NCBI GenBank assembly: GCA_028534125.1
Contig: CM052816.1
Coordinates: 97,714,001 to 97,778,000 of the forward strand
Length of the DNA: 64,000 nucleotides
Source: Lama glama
Lineage: Eukaryota
Direction: 5' to 3'
In this document: one piece after another, positions 1 through 11,190 of the stretch
Position numbering within the stretch: the first letter of the stretch is position 1
Layout of the letters: the number at the start of each line of letters is the position of its first letter
Position numbers and translations under genes: made by a program
Notes under the pieces: model-generated
Told to the model about the DNA's origin: nothing
The model's database searches: none
What the model saw: the letters and a program-made list of their open reading frames with translations, nothing else

Positions 1-47
1 AGGTGGCATTGATATTAACGAAACGCCGGGACACAACGACACCAAGG

Positions 48-523
48 TGAGACCGGCTGGGACCTGGGACCTAGGACCCTGTGCTGCAGTGCTTGCACCC
101 AGGCAAATAGCTCCTCCAGCAACAGAGCACAAAGAAACTACAAGGGACTAAAAATAACTGTGTGTGTGCGCAGTTGGGGCAAATTAAGAATAAGATACAA
201 AAAGACCAAAAACCCAACTGCCACTTCTGAGATGCTGGGAGCAAAAGTAAGGCTCTGTGTGTGCTCCCTGCACACAGCACCACCAAGGAGGTGGGCAGAC
301 CACCTAAACCCCCCCTCCAGCCTGACCCCTGGGCCTGCCCCCACCTTCACCCCATTTAAGAGACCTGCTCGCCCCCACTCAGGAAGTGAGCAAGGGAAAA
401 TGTTTCTTATTTTTGCTACCTCATGCTGCAGCAGGAATTCCAGAAAAGCTTTGCCTGAATTTCTCATCTGACTTCTTTTCAATTTCTATTGATTAAGGAG
501 TTCAAGAACCCTGGTTGGTAACG
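48..523 (+). mobile_element. ERV1-class solo LTR
   Basis: Starts TG(AGACC) and ends GGTAACG (degenerate ...AACA). The 3' end 'aatttctattgattaaggag..caagaaccctggttggtaac' is typical of laurasiatherian ERV1 LTRs. Flanks aagg/atgg fit a 4-bp TSD with one mismatch. Confidence 0.7.
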
Positions 524-554
524 ATGGTACATAACCTAGGTCTTAGTCAGGTGG

Positions 555-1035
555 TGGGTTAGTCAGGGCTCTCCAGAGAAACAACCTATGGGCTATAGAG
601 ACAGAAATAAGAGATTTATTACAGGAATTTGCTCATGCAGTGATGGAGGCTGAGAAGTCCCGCAGTCTGCTGTCTGCAGCTGGAGGACCGGGAAAGCCAG
701 GGGTATAACCTCAGCCTGAGCCCTGAGCCCTAGAACTGGGTGACCACCGGCGTCCGAAGGTCCAAAAGCTGGGGGCTCTGATGTGTGCGGGCAGGGGAAG
801 ACGGACAGCCAGCTCAAGCAGAGAGAGAAAATGTGCCTTCTGCCCTTTTGTTCTGTTCAGCCCCCGATGAGCTGGATGGCGCCTGCCCACATCAGCGAGG
901 GCGGATCTTCTGTGCTGCTGCAGGTGCTCATCTCTGCCTGAAACACCTTCACAGACACACCCAGAAGTGATATTTTACCAGCTCGCAGGCCATTCCTTGG
1001 CTTAGTCAAGTTGATACATAAAATTAGCCATCACA
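555..1035 (-). mobile_element. MLT2 (ERVL) solo LTR
   Basis: Reverse strand starts tgtgatggctaattttatgtatcaacttgact (MLT2 5' end); the other end reads ttagtcagggctctccagagaaac. Perfect 5-bp TSD ggtgg at 550-554 and 1036-1040. Confidence 0.9.
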
Positions 1036-1118
1036 GGTGGCAAAAAATATAAATTATGTATGTCTTATTTTCATAATAAAGGTATTTTTAAGTCATAGAG
1101 CCTTTGAGTTGTGAGGGG

Positions 1119-1164
<46 letters not shown>
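1119..1164. repeat. (TA)n microsatellite, perfect palindrome
   Basis: Visible TA run with a single G at 1131 and a single C at 1150. Confidence 0.95.
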
Positions 1165-1165
<1 letters not shown>

Positions 1166-2629
1166 ATTTAACATTAGTTAATTTTACCTGCTGAGTCGAA
1201 CATCTGTGAGTCCGTCAGGCAGAATTCATGCTGTATTTTAGTGACGGCTTCCTTTGATCTTTGTCTGATGAGACATTTTTAGGCAGGTGGTCATTTTCTT
1301 ACTATTTAGTCCTCCTTCTAGATGCTGTACAAGCTACTGCCTTTTACTCTGCCAGTAATTTTTCAGAAGTTGCAATTAAACATATGATCTCAGCGTATGT
1401 TAGTTGTGGTCCAGTGCTCTGGATGAGATTAAAGATTAATCCTCAGTCTCTGGAGAGATGGGAGGAACACTCCACTGAGAGCCGCACGAAGAGCTCTGCC
1501 CAGAGTGTGAGATAGTTTGTATGTGCAGACCTAGACACACACTTAAGACTGTCTTCCTCTGTCTGTTCACTTCTAGGGAGTGATCAGCAAGGGGGGGGGT
1601 GGTAAACCCAGAGCCTGGCGCCTCTGTGTAGGCATTGTGAAGTTAGAGGCAACCTATGAACACTTGCCCGCGAAGGAGAAGCCACCCGATGCCCAGATAG
1701 CCCGTCTGAGGCCGGGCGTGTCAGGCGCTGGGGCTGCGTAAGCACACCTCGTGCCCTCTCTAAGACGGAGCCGCACATCTGGGTGACGGAAGAGAAGTAA
1801 AACCCACTGATACCCATCCTTCCCTCAGCCGTGTCAAGAGGGCTGAGACCATCGTACTTGCGTCTCAGACCGTCGTGTGATATTGTGGGGGTGTGATTCA
1901 CAGGTCCGATAGCTGGAAAGAGTCACGAGGCTTGTCACCGTATCAGAATTCTTCTCAAAATTCCTAGGAAGCCTTAATAATAGACAATTGACTGCAGAAC
2001 CCAGAAAAACTACGCATGGCAAGGTCAGTGCTGGCCAGTTCATCCCACAGCATCTATTAGGCAATTAAAGCTACATGGATGACTAACAGAGACACCCTTA
2101 TGGGGTTTATCAAAAAGGCCCAAGAACCCAAGCGAACCAAAGAAATAGTCTCACCATTTGTAGTTACACCGGTTCATTTCACTTGCCTGGATGGAACCCG
2201 TGGACATTTGACAAGGAATGGCCTGGCTGCTAAGTGGTGCCTGCACAGTGACAGCTCTGCCTGCCGGGTGACAGCCAGAGGGGAGACTCACGCACGAGGG
2301 TGACACAGCAGCCTGCTCTCTGCACGGCTGGGAAGGCCCCCCTGACACCCAGGTGGGTTATGCGCTCCATCCAGGTCCAGCTGTCAGCAGGGAAATGAGA
2401 CTATTAAGGACAGCAGTTTGTTGGCAAGTGTATTAAACATAAATCAACGCACAAATTACCTCCTTAAATCACGTCGCTGAGCAGAACGTCGGAGCCTGTG
2501 CCCAGCGTTTGATAAAAAGTGTAAGTGACAGGCACAATATAAAGCTATTCTTTCTAGAACCCAGTGTATATTTAATTTGAAGAACTTCCAACTTGGGGCC
2601 AGAAGAAAAGGTTTGTCGTCTTTTTAAAA

Positions 2630-3580
2630 AGAGGAGGCTCCTGGGCTCCCCTCCTCCCATGGACACACCAAATGCTTAGCTACATCCAGAGAAATTCCCT
2701 CTGAAAGAAATCCAGAAACTGCTGGGTGACTCTTAGACGTCAGGTGGATGAGAAAACACCTACCTCCAAACAGGTGGGCAGGGCTGAGACACACACCTAC
2801 CACAAGCCCCTTGCCCCCGGCACAGTGCCGTGCAAGCTGGAAGGAGCTCCTAACCCCCAGCTTCTCCCTAAAGAGTATGAGGCTCGGACTCCACACTCAC
2901 ACCCCAACTGTAAGACTCCCACCTGAGGGGCGAGCCCTAAACCCTGAACACCTAGCTCTGAAAGCCAGCGGGATGTGCATCCAGGAGACCCAAGAGACCC
3001 GTGCAAACAAGGAAGCAGCTGTGAAAGGGCGTCAGTGGACGCTGCAGCGACCCACCGGGGCTCAGCGCAGAGGGAGACACGTCCAGCTGTCAGTCCTTCC
3101 CTGAAAGGGGTCCATCCGCCCAACATAAAAGCTGCTCCTGGGGTCAGGTTTCTCATTAGCACGCATTTGGAGGCTGTGCACATCCTCCCCAGAGACAGGG
3201 GAAGCTGCTGGACTCTCTCTTGCCATCTCCCTCTAGCCTGGTCCACGTCACTGGTATCTCCCCGGAAGGAGCTTGTGCACACATCTGCACGGCAGCTTTT
3301 GCAGCTACTGCCAGAGGTACAGGCCCCTGCATCACCTGGCTCTGATGGCCAGCGGAGGCTGCCTCTGTGAGCCCCCCAGGACTCTAGCAAACAAGGAAGT
3401 AGATCCTATCGGGCACAGGAGCACGCCTCCACGGCCATATGCCTGGGCTCGTCCGGGGGAGCAGGCGAAAATGCCCGTCACCCAGCGTCTCCCAGGAAGG
3501 GGCTCGACCGCATGCTTTTCCAGCTGCTGCCAGAGGCTCTGGCTTCCAACCAGTCTGTATGCAGGAGCCGAGTGGGATCA
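2630..3580 (+). mobile_element. L1 5'UTR (laurasiatherian type)
   Basis: 'ggaggctcctgggctcccctcctcccatggacacaccaaat...aattccctctgaaagaaatccagaaac' and later blocks such as 'cttctccctaaagag' and 'ctagctctgaaagccagcggg' resemble recalled cetartiodactyl/carnivore L1 5' ends. GC-rich. Confidence 0.65.
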
Positions 3581-4710
3581 TCATTGACAGGAGCCAACGT
3601 ACGGAGTCAACAGGAACAGCCGGAGAAAATGTGGCACCTGTATACACGATGGAATGTCACTCGGCCACGAGAAAGGAGGAAACCCTGCCATGTGCAACAC
3701 TGTGGAAACTGGGAGACATTGTGCTAAGTGAAATAAGACAAACATACAAAGGCAGACACTGAAAGATATGACCTACGTGTGAAATCTTAAAAAAAAAATC
3801 CAACTCATAGCAACTAGTAGTAGAAAGGCAGTCACCAGGGGCTGAAGGGTGGGGCATATGGGAAGAGGTTGGTAAGGAGGTACATACTTCTGGTTTTAAA
3901 ATGCATAAAGTCTGTTATGGAAGCAACTTAAATGTCCATCGACAGATGACCAGATAAAGAAGATGTGGTATATTTATACAATGGAATACTACTCAGCCAC
4001 AAAAAATGATAACATAATGCCATTTGCAGCAACATGGATGGAGCTGGATATCATCATAGTAAGTGAAGTAAGCCAGAAAGAGAAAGAGAAATACCATATG
4101 ATACCACTTATTTGTGGAATCTTAAAAAAAAGAAAAGACACAAACAAATAGATTCACAGACATAGAGAACAAACGCATGGTTATAAAGGGTCAAAGTGGG
4201 TGGAAAGGGATAAGTTAATGTTTATTGCAGATGCTAATTACTGTATACAAAATAAACAAGTTTATACTGTACAGCACAAGGAACTATATTCAATATCTTG
4301 TAGTAACCTATAATGAAAAAAATATGAAAAGGAATATATGTATATATGCATGTGACTGAAACGTTATGCTGTGCACAAGGAATTGACACACTGTAAACTG
4401 ACTATACCTCAATAAAAAGAATGCAGAAAAAAATGAATAAGGTCTGAGGATCTAATGTATAATGTGGTGACTGTAGTTGATAACATTATTATAGTATCAT
4501 TGAAATTCACTAAAAAAATAGAGCTTAAATGTTCTCACACACACACACACACAAAGGTAAATGCGTGAGGTGATGGATGTGTTAATTAACCTGATGGGGA
4601 AACCCTTTTACAATGTATACATAACAAAACCATCATGCTGTGCACTTTAATTATCTTACAATTTTATTAGTCAATTATACTGTAATAGAGCTGAAAATAA
4701 AATAAAATAA
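3581..4710 (+). mobile_element. L1MA9-like 3' end, split by a younger L1
   Basis: End of ORF2 (aaaatgtggcac...atggaatg) and L1MA 3'UTR motifs (gatctaatgtataatgtggtgactgtag; gtgaggtgatggatgtgttaatta) with an A-rich tail at about 4695-4710. Interrupted at 3915-4429. Confidence 0.85.
3915..4429 (+). mobile_element. 5'-truncated cetartiodactyl/camelid L1 3' end nested in the older L1
   Basis: Encodes ORF2 C-terminal residues MWYIYTMEYYSA...MPFAATWMEL, followed by a 3'UTR and aataaa. 17-bp TSD aaaatgcataaagtctg (3898-3914) / aaaatgaataaggtctg (4430-4446). Confidence 0.9.
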
Positions 4711-4914
4711 GGATCTGTCAGGTATGCTGAATGATTGAAAAAAAATACTGTCAAGGAAGACATCAATGAATAAAACTTCCTGAGAAATCGCCCAGGAAAC
4801 ACACTAACACATTGCTAGCCAGTGGAGCCCCTGTGAAGGGCATGGGACATGAGATTACAATACTGGGGCTCACGTTCTAAGACTCTTTCTCTCACTGGAG
4901 TAGGACCACAGACT

Positions 4915-5050
4915 GGGGACCTAGCTCTTTTGTGCCTCAGTTTCTTCATCTATACAATGAGGTTAGTAGCAATGGCTACTTTACATAGCTGTTATGATAA
5001 TTAAATAAAGCAAAATCGGTAATCAATTCTTAGGAGTTGGAATACTGTAT
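4915..5050 (+). mobile_element. MIR SINE fragment
   Basis: MIR core gcctcagtttcttcatctatacaatgagg. Confidence 0.75.
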
Positions 5051-5849
5051 GACCACAGAGAAAGGGAAGGTGAATTCTGCCTGGAAGCCTCAGAAGATTC
5101 TTTCCAGTTTGAGTTGGGTCCCATTAGTCAAAATTCCCCATGCAGAGGATGAATGAAGGGTACAGTTCCATTAAGACATCATGACTACGGTGAAAAGACT
5201 TCTGTGGAAAATGAGGTGTATTCTGGTATCGTTAAAGCAAGTGCATGTGGCTGTGCGCACACATGAGTGCGTAGGACAGTAGAGGGTGTGGAGAGGGCGG
5301 AGAACCACTCAGCCAAAAATAAATGTTACATATGCACTTGTGTGTGATTATGTACACATTGATATATATATGTATTTGCTATGATCCAGGTGTCGACTAA
5401 AACTGTCACAACTTTGAGAATGAAGTAGAATGAGTTCAAGTTCTCCATCATACATCCAATGGAAAGTCTGATGACCTCAGGACTTCTGCCCATTGCCAGA
5501 TACTTACATTCACACATCTATGTTTGGCTTAAATTCCTACTTCCCCTAATTCTTGACTCCATTCACATCTCACCCTTCTTGTCTATCCTTTAAAAATATG
5601 TATATTCTTGGAAATAAGCTCCATTGCCTTAATTTATCCCCAAACCTAAAATAAATGTATATGTGTATATTAGACTTCAGTAAAAGTGTTAGAAAATGAT
5701 TTCATAAAAGAAGAATGGCATCAAGTAAAAATTGGATGGTATTTTTTAAGAATGATAACATTTTTAAGAATAATATTTAAAAGAATATTCACAGAGAATT
5801 AACAAAGAGCTTTTTAAAAATGATAGCCACATATCAACAGGGGTGGGGC

Positions 5850-7140
5850 ACAGGACTAACAGGGGGTCAAAGGAGATCAGGAGAATAGCTTAGAGAAAAA
5901 GTCAAAAAATTTCTCAGGCCCAAAAAAGTAGAAAGAAAAGGACAAAGAAATGGAAAACAGGAAGATAATATCAGAAAATAAGATCAATTTGATAAGCTTA
6001 GAATCTAAATAATAGAATTTCTAAAAGGTGATAACAGAAAGGAATTATCATGTGAACTATACAAATATAACTTCATAGAATGGAAGGATATGATTTCCCA
6101 GATTGAAAGGACCCACAAAATGTCTAGTTCAGGGATTTGAAAAAATGATCCACATCAAGACACATAATTGTGAAAGATTAATCCACTAAATTTATCTCAA
6201 AAATCAAAAAAAGAGGATCAGAGATCATAATGGCATTAGGCTTCTCAATAGGGAGACTGAAAGCTAGAAATCAATGAACAGAACCTTGAAACGCAGAAGG
6301 AAAAAACATGTCTGAACCAGGGTTCTACACCTAGAAAAGAAATTGTCCAATAAGCAAGGGCTTTAAAATATTTACTTCATAGATCCTCACTCAGGAAGCC
6401 ATGGGGGGATTCAACCCAACAAATGACAGTTTACCAAGAAAGAAGGAAACACGGGGCCTGAGAAACAAGGGCCCCAGCACAAGGGAGAGAGAGACAGTGA
6501 GGATTCTCAGGGTGGAGCTGACGTGGGTCCTCGGAAAATCAGCTCTGCGGGGTCTAGAAAGCTCCAGAATGGAGGGCAAAGATGGACAACTTGAGGGGAG
6601 ATGTCTCTAGGCGACAAAAATGAAAATAATGGATGGATTCCTAGTGAGTTGGAGAGACTGGTACGGGTTAACCTCCGGTATACAGAAAACTAAGCTAATT
6701 AAATATATGGCATGATTAACACCAGAGGCAGAAAGTTATCCAACAGAAGAAGTCCAAGCCTAGTGTATTCAGCCGCTCAGTGGTGGACACGGCTCATGCA
6801 GGCATGATAATGCCATCCCTGAATACTGTCAACCAAAAACCGGAGTATAACTAGGTCAGGAAGATTGGGAAAGTGAGTCTATGCTGAGGGTGGGTAAGAC
6901 AGTGTTAAATCTTCATCTTTGGTCATATGAAGTCAAAAGAAATTCTTATAATTAGAAGTTCGAGCCATAGGAAGAAGGAGCAAGTAAATGAAGAAACAGC
7001 CTAAAGAAATGGAAGTGGTTTTTGGTGGGGAGAGGACTCCAAGACAGAGGACAGCACACTGCAGGACGCTGTTTGGTTCTGCCCTTTTTCTAATAATAAA
7101 TCTGTTAAAGGTGCATATGTACCACTTTGATAAAAATTAA
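5850..7140 (+). mobile_element. HAL1 / ancient L1 ORF1-type remnant
   Basis: A-rich ORF1-like stretch (ttcccagattgaaaggacccac; acatcaagacacataattgtgaaa) and the HAL1-like block accaagaaagaaggaaacacggggcctgagaaacaagggccccagcacaagggaga. Confidence 0.7.
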
Positions 7141-8716
7141 TATTTTATACAAAATTGAACAAAGCGGATGACAATTTTCCATCCCTAATTCCAGTCTTTC
7201 TCACTTAATGTCTAATGAAGGTGTCCATTTGTTCAATCATGATTCTTCGACCACCCTGGTCAACTTTGAGCCATAATCTAGTTGTATGACAGCCTATAAA
7301 ATTCAGGGAATGAAGGCATGCTCTTATCAAAGTGGTGGTAAAGACCTCCAGAAATGCATAACGGGGCTTGATGGGTGACGACCTGTGTAATGAAGGCTGC
7401 TCGCTTGCTTTAGTAGCACGCCCCTGTGAGCTAAAAACACTCAGTCGAGTCAATTAAACTCTGTGTCTCTGAATTTCAATAATAAAAATCATTCTATGCC
7501 TCTTAGCCAACTGAGTAAAATTGTACATAGAGGGAGAGCCACACCGAACAACAACAACAAAAGGTCAGTGCCATTTAAGGGCAAAGACTGATGCGCGCTT
7601 TCCAAATCAATCAGCAACTACTCAGTCCTGAGGCTACTCCACTGTTGCACTGATCGTAATTTTTCAAACACAAAATTACAAGCCATTGTCTGAGGGCAAT
7701 TATGAGGGTTATTTTTAAAATAAACACTTGGGAAATCTGTATAAGTGATCAATTTATCTACAGAGAATAATAGAAGGACCTCAAGTATATCAAATTAATC
7801 AAGTATTTTTGGACAGGAAGTTAATTCCCAGTTACTTGTACTCAGCATGTTGACACTGCAGAACTCTTGCTCATCAGAAAGCTGGAAGTTATCCTGGAGA
7901 AAAAGGACCTAGATAAGGGAATTCGGAATTAAATATTGCATCAAGTTATCGGTCACATGTTGAGAAGATGCAATTTTTTAAGACAACTGTAATTTAGCAA
8001 TGAAAGAGATGCCTTAATTTTCATTAGGAATCTAATTTCCAAGACTATATTTTCAATATGTGAAGAAAGTATATTAAATTGTAGCAGAATTGAAGCTGTT
8101 TTAAGTTAAAATGTGCAGATTGACAATTACTTCACCTCATGTTCATTTATGTTCATTTGAGCCTGAACTTAACACACACACACACAGCACTTGGCCCACT
8201 CTTGTATGATTTTATCCATGTGTGTAAAGACAAATGACAAATAATACCACAGAATCCTTTGACTTGTTACAAACATTTTTGACCACCACAAACATTTTGA
8301 CCAACATTGAATAACCCTCAAGAGTAACTGGTCTTGGAAAGGACAGAAAAAAACAGAAATACTGTTGTTGGCTTGGATGAAAAGAGAGTTTTGTTTTCTG
8401 AATTCTTACCAAATTACTGATGCTCTATTTTTCACTTGCAAGTGCCCTGGGAGCTTCAAGTAGACGCAGCCTCATGGTCACAGAGGAGAGATGTTCTCCT
8501 TACTAATTAGGAAAGCCTTTTCAACCTAGAGAGACTCCCCGTTAGAATGGGTGGGAATTCACTTCCTTGGTCCCTCCCACCAATCTCCTAAGTGGACTGA
8601 GCCTCATTAAGTAGAACTAAGACAAAAATCATCCCAAACAGAAAGCAAAAACGTCATCAATTAAGAGAAAATGGGGACCAAGACTCACAGAACATCTCCC
8701 AAGGATTTGCATTCTT

Positions 8717-9520
8717 TCTTTTTTGTTATTATTGTGATAAGACCACGATTTACCCCCTCGACAAATGTTTAAGTGCAGAGCACAGAGTTATTAACTATAG
8801 GCACAATGTTGTACAGCAGATCTCTAGAATTTTCCTTGTGCATCTGAAACGTCATACCCATGGGACTCCCTCTCCCCAGCCCCTGGCAACCCCCATTCTA
8901 TTCTCTGCTTCTACACATTTGGCTATTTTAGATTCCTCAGATAAGTAGACTCACGCAATATTTGTCTTTCTCTGACTGGCTTATCACAGTTAAAAAATGT
9001 CCACACAGTTCATTCATGTTGCTGCACACAGCAGGACTTCCTTGTTTTTGTGGCTGAATAGTATTCCATTGGATGTGTATTCCACATTTGCATTATCCAT
9101 TTATCCTCCAAGGGGCATTTAGGTTGTTTCCGTATCTCGGCTATTGTGAATAACGCTGCAAAGACCATGGGAGGGCAGGTGTGTCTTTGAGATCCTGATT
9201 TCAATTCTTTTGGATAAGTATCCTGAAGTGAGGTTGCAGGATTGTATGGTGGTTCTGTTTTAATTTTTTTAAGAACTTCCGTACTGTTTTTCAAAGTGGC
9301 TGCACCATTTCACATTTCTATCAACAGTGTGCGGTGTTTCTGATTTCTCCATGTTCTCGCTAACAATCATATTCCGTTTTTGTGATAACAGCCATCCTCG
9401 CCAGTGTGAGGTTCTGATTTGCACTTCCTGGACTATCATTTATCATGAACTTCTTTCCACGCACCTGTTGGCCATTTGTGTATCTTCACTGGAGAAATGT
9501 CTGCTCAAGCCCCTTGCCCA
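8717..9520 (-). mobile_element. L1MA9/10-like 3' end
   Basis: ttaactataggcacaatgttgtacagcagatctctagaa; reverse-strand ORF 9010-9294 resembles the ORF2 C-terminus (PYNPAT...YPKELKSG...MEYYSA). Confidence 0.9.
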
Positions 9521-10274
9521 GTTAGGTCAGTTTTGATGACTATATTCCAGTTTGCTGCCTAAAACTGTGATGAATTTACTTTTAAGTAGAACAGTGTCTC
9601 CACTAAGAAATACATTGTTCATCGCCAATGTTCATGGAAGTGTGTGTTATGCTAATTAGGCAATAATAATCAAAATAAAACAGAGAACAAAGTTCTGAAT
9701 CAAAGAACCAGGAATTGTTGCCTCGTCCAGCTGCATATCTGCCCGCGAGGACGGAACTAGGAACCCACGTGGCCTCTGAAGTCGTGAGCAACCCCACAGA
9801 CGTCGCCAGCAGTTTACACTTTCCACTAAATAGCAAAGTATAAAAGCTGGGGCACCAGCAAGGCCACGGGAGGGTGGACATCTCCCTGTGCCTCAGCGAG
9901 CGACACTGAGGAATGTCGTCCCCTGACCCTGCTCTGCTCACAGCGACCGAGCCCACTGAATAAGCACGTCCTCAGGTTACAGTCCACGAACTCAGTGCAC
10001 ATCTGAGCTTACGTGGCCTGTACCGTGGACGAGAAGTTGAGACTCTGAGTGTGGCTAAATGGGAGTGTTGTTCGGGACCAGTCTCTTTCCTCAACACTGT
10101 ACTTTCGGGTCAGCAGAAAAATTATTTAGCCTTTAGCCTTTTTCTTCTTTCCCCACCAGACATCATCACTAGTGAGAAATTCAATGCCTCCCTCAGACCA
10201 TCAGCCAAAATCCAAGAGCACATACAGAGTCTCCCCACTGGGAGGACAGAGCAGTGAAAGGTGTGTGCGTGACA

Positions 10275-10582
10275 GTGTCAGCTCAGGTCCTCTGAGGAGC
10301 AGCCGCCAAGAAGCAATCACACCCGCAGACGTGACTAGAGGTGCCTGTGGCGGACCACGGGGAGAACGCAGGGGTGACACGGCGAGCCTCAGCCCACAGT
10401 GCAGGCCTAATTCCCGTGGAAGGAGAGGGGAGAGGACGCAGGCGGCGCAGCACCACGACAGCCTTGCCAGGTGGAGGCAGGGGCCCTGAGCTGATACTCC
10501 CTGATGGAGAAATCCTGCAGTGAGCTGGACAGCCCAGTTCCAGGACCCCCACTGTGCTCTGTCACCAACCAGGAGCAGCCCA
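10275..10582 (-). mobile_element. LTR16-like ERVL LTR fragment running into the gap
   Basis: ggtcctctgaggagcagccgccaaga...cctgtgg...gcaggcct...gtggaaggagagggg...tgctctgtcaccaaccaggagcagccc resembles the reverse LTR16 consensus. Confidence 0.6.
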
Positions 10583-11081
10583 NNNNNNNNNNNNNNNNNN
10601 NNNNNNNNNNNNNNNNNNNNNNNNNNNNNNNNNNNNNNNNNNNNNNNNNNNNNNNNNNNNNNNNNNNNNNNNNNNNNNNNNNNNNNNNNNNNNNNNNNNN
10701 NNNNNNNNNNNNNNNNNNNNNNNNNNNNNNNNNNNNNNNNNNNNNNNNNNNNNNNNNNNNNNNNNNNNNNNNNNNNNNNNNNNNNNNNNNNNNNNNNNNN
10801 NNNNNNNNNNNNNNNNNNNNNNNNNNNNNNNNNNNNNNNNNNNNNNNNNNNNNNNNNNNNNNNNNNNNNNNNNNNNNNNNNNNNNNNNNNNNNNNNNNNN
10901 NNNNNNNNNNNNNNNNNNNNNNNNNNNNNNNNNNNNNNNNNNNNNNNNNNNNNNNNNNNNNNNNNNNNNNNNNNNNNNNNNNNNNNNNNNNNNNNNNNNN
11001 NNNNNNNNNNNNNNNNNNNNNNNNNNNNNNNNNNNNNNNNNNNNNNNNNNNNNNNNNNNNNNNNNNNNNNNNNNNNNNNNN
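10583..11081. other. Assembly gap (499 N)
   Basis: Run of N. Confidence 1.
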
Positions 11082-11190
11082 NTTTTTTTTAACATTTTTT
11101 ATTGATTTATAATCATTTTACAATGTTGTGTCAAATTCCAGTGTTCAGCACAATTTTTCAGTCATTCATGGACATATACACACTCATTGT
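11082..11190 (-). mobile_element. Very short, young camelid-type L1 3' terminus
   Basis: Poly-T followed by aacattttttattgatttataatcattttacaatgttgtgtcaaattccagtgt, recalled as the young camelid L1 3' end. Similarity ends abruptly at 11190. Confidence 0.8.

Noticed and set aside
2797..3390. 197-aa ORF and overlapping ORFs
   Set aside because: They lie in GC-rich L1 5'UTR-like sequence and resemble no protein I recognise.
3963..4151. ORFs with real protein similarity (also 9010-9294, 33596-33847, 24299-24481)
   Set aside because: Broken L1 ORF2p fragments, not host genes.
7205..7385. Possible minus-strand terminal coding exon (SSPIKPRYAFLEVF...FIRH*)
   Set aside because: Plausible acceptor, but no recognisable homology and no partner exons.
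10504..11112. ORFs of 177-202 aa
   Set aside because: Artefacts of translating through the N gap.
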